A stretch of DNA of 64,000 bases from Macrostomum hystrix (lineage: Eukaryota > Animalia > Platyhelminthes): the NCBI GenBank assembly GCA_950097015.1, contig CATNEN010000001.1, positions 6,448,001 to 6,512,000 of the forward strand, read 5' to 3'. The notes under the pieces were generated by a model. It did no database searches, was not told the DNA's origin, and was given only the letters and a program-made list of their open reading frames with translations. Positions 51,401 to 62,269 of this stretch are shown one piece after another. Every line of letters begins with the position of its first letter. Position 1 is the first letter of the stretch. Made by a program: the position numbers and the translations under genes.

Positions 51401-54400
51401 CCAGAATCTCGTGGTCTCGCAGAAGGAACATCAGCTTTTCGTTCTGCAAAAATTAATCATTAATCGAATGTCACAAATATAAAGGTCACTTGAAGCTTTA
51501 GTTTATAAAACTCACAAAAATTATGCTTATAAATTGAAAAGAAGCAATTTAATAAATCTATACAAAAAGTGCATAGCAATACAAACATTTAGCATGGCGA
51601 AAGAATTGCAAGATATTTTGTGGAGCACATTGCTTAGGGTTCAAGCTTTTACCTGGTTCTATGTTAAACTTTTCTTGCTTATCGGACTATGTTTAAGCAT
51701 GTGGGGGGGAATTCTAGCTGTTATATTTCATTCTCGAGCAAAGGCAGAGTGCAAGTGTACACAACAGGAAGTCACTTATAGAACGTCGTGCAAGCAAGAA
51801 AGTTAACAATATACTGTGAAGATAAATATTATCTACACATCGATGATACTACTATAATTTGTCAGTAGTATACATATTTTTAGCATCATTTCGACAAGAA
51901 AATTGCGTAATTCTAACAACACGGAAAATACGCTAGCGCTAATGCTTTTTTACCAGTGGATCATTTCTCCGATGCCTCTTGTCAATGGTGGACTCTATAT
52001 TAAGACTTTCCTTAAATTATACAGACAAATATAATTTGTTTTATTACAAACAACGTTTTAAGATGTTTAAAAAAGAAAATTAGAGAGTAAACTCGGCAAA
52101 AAGAAGTAAATGAAAATGCGTTCTCAGCAAAAAAGACGTAAAAATCGAAAGAACAAACTTAAACTCATCTTTAATGAAAGTTTAAAGTCAGTATTTACAT
52201 ACTAATTTTTAACTTTGTTTTATTTCAAACACACCGTTGCTAAAGTGCCGTTAGAGCCTTCTAATCGAGCCTCTAAATCATCCTGAAAATGTTATCCAGA
52301 AACACGCGATGAAAATAAATGTTTTTTTCCACAAACTTCGTAAGACAATCCTAAATCTATGACAAAGCATTTCAATGTTAGACTATCATGATTTTTATCT
52401 ATATTTTTGCTTTAGTTTTTTGACGACCAATTTAAGCTTTCTTTACGATCACTCACCTTGACGCCAGCATTAGTGTATGCCGCCACCAAATCCTTCTTAA
52501 ACTGTTCCACTTTGCTGTTGCCTTCAGCTGTCAGGCTGGCCGGCGTTGATTGGATGACCTTGAAGCCGGCCAGGTGCGCTGCCAGTCTAGCTAGAAGCGC
52601 CGACATGCCCGGATTGCCTTCGGCAACGACAGCGATGTGGCCGAAGTTGTGCGGCGACAGCAGGGTGCGAGCGATGCGAGACACCTCTGCCAAGGTGCGC
52701 TGAGTGGATGATGGGAAAGACGGTTATATTACTGCTGAATATAGAGAACACAAATGCTACAAAAACTTACATTGTACAGCGGCAGCCTAATCGCCGGATT
52801 GTTTTTGTTGAACTCGGCGATGGCGTCCGTGATGAGCTCACGCAGCCGGTCATTGCTCGGAACCGTCGTGTAGCCGTCGCCCCAAGTCCAGTCGGGATCG
52901 TTCTGAGTTTTAGTGCTGATTGCCGACACCAGGCCACTGTCCTGCAGGGCGATGCTCGAGCACATCGGTGGCCTCGGCTGTAGTAGGATCTCCATCTGGT
53001 TGAATGTGATGATGAACGTCAATGGCAGTACAAAAGTACAAAACACGGTACGATTGCTGCCTATCGCAGTACAAAAGTACAAAGTACTTCATGATCACTC
53101 TCAGTGTCGGTACAGAGTACAAAGTACTTTAAATCATGATTGCTATTATCATTAGTAAAAAATACACTTTTAGTTTAGAAAGAAAAACTTTTTTTCAGCA
53201 ACTCACCAGTTCGTCCGCAAGTTTCTGAAAAAAAATTAATTGAGGTTTATTAAAATAGGCAATTCAATACGAATTAGGTAAATAGCTGTTATTTAAAAAA
53301 TCCTATAGACAATGCTTAAGAACTCTATTTGTTAAATTAACGGAAGAGTTAAAACAATGAAAAAAGTATTCGCTTACATATTCCTCAGCAAACTGCTTCT
53401 TCACAGCGTTGGCAAACGCTCGCCTGTATCGATCTTTGTCTACGTAGTCGACCATTCGCTCTGCGAACACCCAGTCGCACTCGTTGCGCCACAGATGCAG
53501 CAGCTGCTTCTTCTGGGCCTCGCTATTCAGAGACTGGCACAGATTGCGGAATACCGTGCTCAGGGTGCGCAGCGAGAACACGTAGTGACTCCGGCGAGCC
53601 GTGGGCAGAAACATCGAGCGAAGGTTCTCCTGTGTGAAGGCAAACAATCATAATAATAGTCATATTTTATTTTTGCAGGGGGGCTGCGGGCAATGGCACA
53701 TTCATTGCTGACACTAGACCTGCAGCCAGCGAGGAAGTAGTTTTTTCACATTTCCCTGATTCCTTAGTACACACACTCAGATAGCGCAGTGTACACTCTC
53801 ACTGTGTCTTGGATACTGGCACTCAAGAGCGTAAATCGCACGATAAACCGCCAAGCCTTCTATCCGCGGCTGCGCCCCAAAATAAATGTGGTCTTAATTG
53901 TTGCGGAATCGGCAAACAAGACTAACCAATTTTTTTTTCAAAACTAAAAAAAGTTGTTCATTGCTGCTATTAAAGTAGGCCGATCAGTCTTTAATTTGAA
54001 AATGACACACAAAGAACACCGAAATGAGTCCTTTAATGGCGTTGTAAACGAGCTTGAAAACTTCTTGATAATAGGAAGCCTTACCTGCAAATCCACTGTG
54101 ACGCGAACCAACTGATCCAGCAGCGATCTCACTGACCTATCTGGTCCGTAGCTGTTAATGACGCGAATCTCCTCTGGCGTGTGAGCTGTCTCGCTGTGCT
54201 GAAAAAAATGCGCCGTCACCATGGTGGAAAACAGGCGGCACTGGTCCGCCTGACTCGGATAGTTCACTGCCAGCACGCTGAAATGGTTCACCAGACGCTG
54301 CTTGATCGGCGCACCGCCCGCAATGTTCGGATTGAGCGCTGCGATAAAGTGCAACGACTTCAGCGTTCTCCAGGACTGAGTAGCGGCGAAGTGATGCCCG

Positions 54401-57400
54401 CCTTCGTCGATCAGTTGTCGGAGCAATTCGCTCGATGTTTGTCTTCCGGCATCGTCTGTGGCGGCTAAATTTAGATCGTCAATGAAGCACATGAGCCGCT
54501 TGCCGCCCAGGGGTACGTACGATTGGCCATCCTTCCATTCGAGCTTCTCATCTAAGCGCTCGGCAATGAGTCGCGCATTTGTGTAACGATTGGCGAATAC
54601 GCTGACATTGAGGATCTCCGACACTTCGCTGCTGCACACGTTGCGAATGCGTTCGCCAACAATGGCCGACTTGCCGCAGCCGCGAGGTCCTACTAGTAGT
54701 ACTGGAGCGCCCAGATCTGACAGCAGGCTCAGGCAATGACTCACAGCCTGGCTGGCTGGCGTGTGGACAAAAGCGTGCGTCGGGATGCCGGAGTTGATGC
54801 TGCCCTGATACATGGGAATCAGTTCCTGCCACGACTGCCATTCCAGCCGGTCCACATCCAGGTAGAAGTCAAATAGCGACCCCTGCTGCGGCACTCGCTC
54901 ATTCACAAAGGTCGCCCGCCACCATTCGCTCATTCGTCGCTGACTGTCAGGAGTCAGGTTAGCGCCGAAGCCCCAGACTGCGGCGAACACGAACAGCTGC
55001 TCGTAGTCTTCGTCACGCAGCTGATGCAGCGATGCTGAACTAATTAGGCTATCGAGCAGTCGTTGCGTTGTCCGAAGTGAGCTCTCGTACGATTGGTTCA
55101 AAAGACGCTCAAGCCTTGGCAAGCCAGCCGCCGGTAGGCCCAGCGTCGGCTGTTTCATGGCCTCGCTGACGAATCTATGCAGCGTTGGCAAGTACTTGTC
55201 GAATACGGCGATTAAACTAGCGGAATCGTCTGTGCCATCGGTGGTCTGGCGATCTTCCAGCCAGCGGGTCAGGAATGGCGGCACAGGGCAGGCGTCTGGT
55301 GCGATGAACATAATCTGCACTCTTGAAGCGAGTCCCGGACTGCAATCCTCGAGCGTTTCCATCTCCCAGGCGACGCGAACTGGGTCGGAGAAGATGAGCT
55401 TCTCACCGCTGAGCAATGTGATTAGGTCCGGCTTGTCCAGCAGGCTTTGAAGCACCTCCCATTGCGCAGCGCTACACGTGCCGTCTAGGCGCAGAAGATT
55501 TCGTCGATTGGAGCTATCGTTGCATGAGTCGCTTGGCGCTGATGTGAACTGGCTCAGTAGCGCGCCTAGAACACTAGGTTGCCATCTTCCGCGCTCGAAT
55601 GATCCAACGAGCTCCTCCGTTGACAGAGCACCGGGATATAGGCACTGAATCTGTGCCGGCACTTGCATCATTTTAAGCAGTTTTTCATAAGCTCGGAAGA
55701 CAGTAGTTTTTCCCACGCCGCTTGGTCCAACAATGGCCACTGCGTTGGAGTGCTCAGCCATGTTGTAGAGCTTGTTAAGATTGCAGTCGAAAGCGTCGCT
55801 GTGCACGAAGCGATCTTCGTGCAGCACTCGCTCTAGCGCTGCTGCTAGAGTCAGCGGGGCTGCAGCAGCAGCGGCGCCTTCTGATGTCCTCTTAGCTCCC
55901 GCCATGGTGGATGTTGCCGTCGCTGGCGGCCTTGTATCCGCCGCCGCATCCTCCGATTTTGGCGTCTCAAAGCGCTCTTCGATCCGGTTAGTCTCACGGA
56001 AGTCGAGGCTTGGCGGGCAGCCGGGGAACAACTCAACAGCCAGTTGTTCGAACAGCTGACCTTCCGATTGTCGACGGAAAGCGGGCGCCAGCAGGTCCCT
56101 CAGACCCAGCAGCAGACTGTGACACTGAACTTCGGGCACCAGCTCGTCGGGCAGTTGCGTGAGCTGCTCTGGACGCGGCTCTGACTGAGCCATGAGACTG
56201 CTCATCTCAGTTCGCATGCGCTGGTTCATAACAAACTGATTGTGCGCGCGAATGTTAATATTGTTGAGGTGCAGTTCCACCTGCTTGGGGTAGTGTCGCT
56301 CCGCCGCGGTCACAGCCTGGCTGATAAACTCCAGAGGACGAAACTGACGGTCGCGGTCCGCTGAAATGACGAAAAAGTACGTTTTGAAGTTTGGTGGATG
56401 GTGGCTATTTAAGCACTACTATCGATGACTATCACTGGCAAAGTTAAGCGGGCACCCTCACAGGCCTTCAAGGCTCTGATCCATTGAAGGCCAAATACAG
56501 AATGAAATTGCTGGACAGTGCCTGAACGGCCTTCTTCGAGTACGACAACGAAGAAACTGAGCAGTTTGTCTTTCGCAGCACTTTCCTTAGCAGAGACCGG
56601 CTAAGCTACCTAGGATTTTTATTATTGCAAAGCTTACCGAAAGAGTCTTCGAGTCGATCGCAAACGCTCCTGTAGCTGGCCAGAAAGTCCACCAGCCTGT
56701 TAGCGAGCTTCCGCGGATGCCGGAAGCCAATGAGATCCAATTTGGCTTCCGCCAGAGCGCGTTGAGTGAAGACACTCGGCTCCGAGACTCTCAACGGAAC
56801 GATGCTGTTAAGAAGAGAAACAGGCAGAGCGGCTGCGATCTCCTCGAAAACTATCGGACGCAACGCGAACGGCACAGGGTCGCTCCGTTTTTGTTTTAAT
56901 GCGCTGTTGCCGCCGAGTGTGCAGAAGCACGCGCTGTTCTCTGTCATGCTTACTGACTCCTGCTCATCTGACTGGGGCAGTTTCTTAGCTGCTGACGTGT
57001 CCTCGCTATCCTCTGCAGAGTTGCCTTGAGCTGCTAACGGTGCCGCTGGAGCAGCGGTGGCCTGAACCAGCAGGCGGGCGAGCTTGTTCGCTGATTCTAA
57101 GCATAGCGAGTCAACCGAGCGCAGGCAAAACCAGATACCATCCGCGCTGGCCAGGCCTTCAAAGGCGTACTCAAGGCTGCGATCAGGCATCTCAGGTGAG
57201 CAGGCCAAGCAGTAGAGCGGGCGACCAGCCGCAACAGACAGGTGCCACACAGCCGAGAATAGTTCCGTGCCGCCGCCTGAGCCGTTTCCGTCGATTTCGG
57301 CGTGGCAAAGCGTCGGAAACCGATGCTTGATGTTGTAGATCAGGTTGCCAGTCAGGCTGGCATCCTGCTGACTGCGTTCCGCTGAGCCGAGGTACTCCCA

Positions 57401-60316
57401 GCCGTATGGAAGACTCTCGCCGCCGCAGTGCAGCAGCACGGCACCATCCGCTGATCGGGTGTAACGAAGCTCGCCAGCCCATAGCTTTTGGAAGCGTTGC
57501 AAAAGGTCCGCTTGATTATTTTCGCTGCCAGCTTTCTGTGCCTGCGTTATCGGGAGGATTCAATATTTTAACATCTAGCAATATTTTTCTAACTGTGTTT
57601 TTTTGTAAACAAGTTTTGTGGTTTACTAAGCTCATGCAATCTCATGGGAGGGGGTGAATGGCAACGCGCTTATCTCTCGCACCAAGGTCCCTGAGCTCGA
57701 TTTCGCGATGAGGTCGCACTAACTTACAGCTGGAGCAGCCCCAAGGCACAGCGAGTGTGTACACTGCCTGACAGTGAGAAGCCAGGGGCAGATGTACACC
57801 CAAGTGTGTGTGTGTGTGTGTGCAGCAGTCAACAGAATGAGCAAAATAGACTCCTCCCTGGCTGCGAGTCTAGAACTTATAATTATCTACCAAAAATTGT
57901 GCTTATACAAATATTCATCTTGTTTTTATCAAGCCCATTCTCACCAAATCCTTGGCGCTTTTAGCCTTGTCGTCTTTGCTCCCAATCCAATCGTCAATCA
58001 AGGCAATCTGATAGCCATACAGACGAATCAGCTGTCGCAGCTTCTCTTGCTGCGCCGGCACCAGCAGTAGCCTAGCACTGGCTCGAATCTTCACCATGGG
58101 ATCTTCTACTGGCTTGTCGCTGAAGTCAAACTTGTTTAAATCTCCCTGAGGACTAGCTGGTATCTCATCTGCCTTCGGCAATTCGTTGCTCTCTTGAACT
58201 CTTTCAGGCTGTTCAACAGCTTCGTCGTCATTGACATTTAAGTCGGCTTGTTTCTCGGCGTTCTCAGCTTCTGGCTCTGGCTCCTCATTGTCCTTGTCCG
58301 CGGCAACAGTGTTGCCAGAATTTGGTTCAGCAGCTGCAGCAGACGCAGTTCCTGCGGTTGCCGCTTCGCGAATTGTTTCTGCCAGACTGCGTTCATCCAC
58401 GCCCTCTTCTTCCAGATCGACTTCCTCGTCGTCCTCGTCTTCATTGTCGCCGTTCTCTGTGCCGTCCTCACGCGGCTGCCTCAGACGAACGGCCTTCTTT
58501 GAAGCGGCTCTGGAAACGGCGGCTGCGGCAGCTTCAGCAGCTGCGGCCCTCTCTTTAGCCTTGACCGCCACTGCATCGGCAAGAATCTTGTCGAATAGTC
58601 GGAGCAAACGTCGGCAGAGGTCTCGCCCTCCGCGCAGACCGGATTTTACTTCGTCCAGCTGCTGCTTCCAGTCCTCGCCACTACCTCCGGTGGAACTCTC
58701 CGCTACCTGGTCGATCTTCATTGAGAATTCTATCTGAGCTCGCAGATAGCAGACTTCGGTGGCGCTGTCCAACATGCGATCGCAGCTGCTTGAGGCTTGC
58801 TGTCGCTCAAGTAAGTCGCGGAACACGGAACTGATTGGCTCACCAGACAGCATGGCCAGAGCTTCTTTGTCGTTCTTTGGTAGGCGTCGCTTAAGAATGG
58901 ATTGTGGCTGCTGCTGCTGCTGCTGCTTATTCGACAGATGCTGCGATTGAGGTCTCGATGAGGCATCCTTCGCGCTTGCCACGTTTTGTTCTTCGGCATC
59001 TCTCTCTGCAGCAGCTTCTTCAGGCTCTTGAGGCTCTGGCTCCGGACTCACTTCATGTTCAGCATCAGCGGCATGAGCTGCCTCTCCGAAACTTGCGCCC
59101 AGTTGAGACTTTAGCGCCACTCGAATCGCTTCTAGCAAGTCGCCGAGCCATCCACAGTCCAGACCTCGACACACCACCGGACTAGCTAAGGACAGCTCTT
59201 CGCATAACCTGCTGCGAACTCCTGTCACTTCGCAGACCGCTGGGTTATCGTCTTGCCGGACAAACACGAGTTCGCCGACATTCTCGAACAATTTGCCGAT
59301 GTGCCGATTGAGCAGCTCAGCATCGTGACAGCTGCCATACACCAGGAAGAGATCCTCAGCCGATAGGAAATGGAATCTGGGAAATTTGGCCCGGATTCTG
59401 GCGTCCAGATAGGAGACCAGCTCGTCGCGACACTTCCTCAGCAGGCTGTCCATGCGATCCAGGATGGGAACAATGTCTGTGGAGTGCGTATTTATAGCAG
59501 CGAATAATAGTTACACGATTCTTAAATGTAGGGGTACTAAAAAACTGTGGAAAATTTTCTCGCTAGAGAATACTATACACCGACAGTTGTAACTTGTCCT
59601 TAACAGCATAAAGACAACGCTATTTTTCCTCATGGGGATATACCACGGGGTATTTCGAATACCAACTGTGGACTACTATACGATAGCTCCCGAACCGAAT
59701 GACCGAATTTAGTGAAAGTCTACCATGTGGAAAAATATTTTTTGCACTTAGCGATGAACTAACTTTTGAAACCGTCCGACGTCATCATGGTCACGATGTT
59801 TGTGTGATTCTGGATGTTGGTTCATTGGATAGGGCAAAAAATTCCAAAAAACAACTCACACTTGCGATTGCAGCACTGCAGCAGATTCTGGTTCTTCTTT
59901 GTAGCCTGCATCAGTCGTTTAAAATCCGCGCTAGCAATCTGAAATTTGGCATACTCGGGCAGGGCGGCAAAGGCTCGCTCAGATTCGTAAATGTTCTGCA
60001 GCTGGAGCCATTTGTCCTGCACTCGCAGCCACAGCAGCAGGACGGTTTCGATGTGCTGTAGGGTGCGCTGCCACTTGCCAATGTCGTCCACGTAGCTGCC
60101 AGCTGTGGAGCTAGCCAGCATGTCAGCCAGAGAAGCCTGATGCTCAGCTAGCTCTGAGAACACCTTGTCAGTGTTGTCTAACAGGTAGATCTGGCTGTCA
60201 GATTCCATCTCGACGCCCACTAAACTACTGGGCAGTGACGCAATGCTCTGCATACCGGCGCTGCGACCGGACAGCCGACTGAGGGAGGTGCGTCTAGCGG
60301 AACCCCCTGCTGAACC
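39415..60316 (-). CDS. Highly divergent axonemal-type dynein heavy chain-like protein (possibly DNHD1-related); linker to C-terminus present, 5' exons beyond window
   Basis: Phase-consistent exons 60316-59860, 59476-57945, 57541-56638, 56360-54085, 53629-53378, 53224-53207, 52995-52771, 52699-52457, 51443-51238, 50613-48638, 48519-48357, 48287-48136, 48060-47299, 47206-46610, 46531-46100, 45570-44927, 44831-43504, 43418-43304, 43250-43230, 42856-42124, 41894-39415 (~5170 codons). Motifs: WLRVQDKWLQLQNIY, RAKFPRFHFLSAEDL, YGWEYLG, GPSGVGKT, GPRGCGKS/FIDDLN, RSHYVFSLR, stalk/MTBD, FIDPH, SLWLGGLYEP. The last exon join is less certain. Confidence 0.87.
39660..41535 (-). repeat. Coding 27/30-bp tandem repeat encoding AVEKADD(D)GS, about 65-70 copies
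   Basis: ORF 39415..41865; all length variants are multiples of 3 and no stops occur. Confidence 0.92.
42861..43234 (-). mobile_element. Full-length tRNA-derived SINE family B with (TTA)n tail and 14-bp TSD, inserted in a dynein coding exon
   Basis: TSD aaattctgctctta at 42847-42860 and 43235-43248; minus-strand head cgagggtgagttgcagagagg...ctgagctcgattt; tail read on plus as taataataataacaacaataata. Confidence 0.9.
45741..46015 (+). mobile_element. tRNA-derived CORE-type SINE (family A), intronic
   Basis: tagcctagttgtgagagc...ggggttcgattccc head; CORE-like tgtgtcctttagcaagacacttaactctgctttgcttcagttcaccgagctgttaaatgggtacc. Confidence 0.85.
53674..53895 (-). mobile_element. 5'-truncated SINE family B, intronic
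   Basis: gcaggggggctgcgggcaatggcacat...cagccagcgag...ccgcggctgcgccccaaaataaatgtgg. Confidence 0.78.
57646..57872 (+). mobile_element. Degenerate SINE family B, intronic
   Basis: ctctcgcaccaaggtccctgagctcgatt and aaggcacag...gggcagatgtacac match the 28.5 kb copy. Confidence 0.72.
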
Positions 60317-61273
60317 CTGTCGAGAGAGAAGACATTGATGATTGGGCAGTGTAGAAACGAATTGACTAGTCGACTCGAGTAACGAATAAAACAGTTAAAA
60401 AGTAACTCATTTTTTCGTATAAATCAACCATCGCAAAATCTACTTGACAATCGTTTGTCACCTGAGGGGGCGTCCTTCGGGCACCTGACTGTATCATTTG
60501 TCAATTGATGGGCATTATTTACAAACATCACACAATCAGTAAAGTTTTATCTGTTGTTGCAAAAATTAATGGCAACCATTTAACAGTAGAACTACCAAAG
60601 GGGCTAATTTCCCCCCTGACAATATTTTGTGCTGCACCCGAACGGAGAAACGCAAGCACACGAAACTCAAGAACATGGGCCAACTTTTGCTGCGCATCTT
60701 CTGAAGCAAGAATTAAGTCGCCAGCTCGTCAGACCATCGAGATATTCAATTGCTCTGGCCGCAGGTATGATTTTTCCCGTAAGCGCTAGTGTATTTCATA
60801 CACCCATCTACACTAATTAGCACTGCAAATCAGTGCGGCCTTGCCAGGCCTTCAAAATTAATCAGCAAATCACCCGAATGTGCCTGCATCAACACCGTCT
60901 TCGGAACATTTTTCTGGACGAACTGCTGGATCTTCAAGGGCTACAACAGGTGGAGCTAGGCCCCTATGGACACCCTGACGCGAATTTCTCCAATTTCACT
61001 GATCAAGCCTAAATGATAGGCGCAGCTCAACCACAGTACACCTCGTCTAGTCTGTCAACCAACCAGTCACCACCCAACGCTGTTGGCGCTGCCAAAAAAG
61101 TTCAGGGGAGGCGCGGGGAAATCATCCTTGGTATAAAAATAAGTGGCAAAATGGCTTGGTAGTCCTACTGTTAATGAATTATTGCACCATTGAATAGACC
61201 TTTCAATTGCGCCCTCTCGATGTGTTTAGTAATCAATTAGCTCGTGGTTCGGAAAGTTAGTATCAAATTTATA

Positions 61274-61613
61274 TCTTATATACTAATAAAAATGAAAATC
61301 TTGCTTGTATGTTTGCAATCGACTAGCTCCCGAACGGCTCAACCGATTTTCAAAACTCCTTCGCCAAAAGACCACAAATGGGCCGGAATCGGTACACGTA
61401 ATTTTATTAAGCTTAATTCCATTGCCAAGGGGATTAAATATTCGAAAAACAGTTTTAAATAGGCTTTTCTAATGCATTCTTGTTTTCAGCTTGTGCACAG
61501 TGAGGCCTCCAGTGCCAATTTTAATGATTGCATCAGAGCCAGTTTTGATAACGCACGCGCGTACTGATAAGAACTCACAGGGAGGCTACCCAGAGGGTAG
61601 CGAAGGCAGCTAG
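61274..61613 (+). mobile_element. Non-autonomous Helitron (5' TC, 3' hairpin + CTAG)
   Basis: A|TC start (tcttatatactaataaaaatgaaaatc); 3' hairpin gctaccc-aga-gggtagc followed by CTAG|T. Confidence 0.75.
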
Positions 61614-61810
61614 TCTAATATACTAAAAATGAAAATCTTGCTTGCTTGCTTGCTTGCTTGGTTGCTTGCTTGTAATTGATTTTCTTCCGAACGGCTCAAC
61701 CTATTTTCACCATTTCTTCACCAAAAGATGCCAAATATGGGGACAATTTTACACGTATTTTTATTAAGCTTAACTTTATTGCTAAGGGGATTAAATATTC
61801 GAAAAACATG
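61614..61810 (+). mobile_element. Second, head-to-tail Helitron copy (partial) with (GCTT)n microsatellite
   Basis: Starts TC immediately after the CTAG of copy 1; homologous to 61274-61455. Confidence 0.7.
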
Positions 61811-62269
61811 TTTTTTGACCATTTCAAAGGTCAAACTATCTTGGCCTATTGAGAATTTCATTCACTGACTGCCACTGAATTGGAATTGCATCGTCAAATT
61901 GCGCAACAACCCCTAGCTGATTGAATTTGAAGCCTGCACTCTGGAGACAAATTGGAAATAAATGTACACAACCAACCGTGAGACTGAGTGTACTCTATTT
62001 TCTCACTTCATTGTACAAAGCCAGAACTTTGATAATTCATTTTATAAGGCTGATTTCTGCACCCACTAACCAACAGTCGGAATAGCCGATGTGTAGGCAC
62101 TAGGAATAGGTTATAGGCTAGGCTAGGGTTCGATTCTGCACTGCGTCAAATCATTTTAGACTAATTTTCAGCCAGTAGTGATTGAAGACTATTTTAATTT
62201 ATTTTTTTCATTTCGTAAATAAAATATCATAAATCATAGCACACCTGATGAGTTTGAATCATTGCAAAA

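Noticed and set aside
56461-56586. Possible extra dynein exon
   Set aside because: Flanking exons already join in phase (56638>56360). This segment would shift phase and shows no dynein-like sequence.
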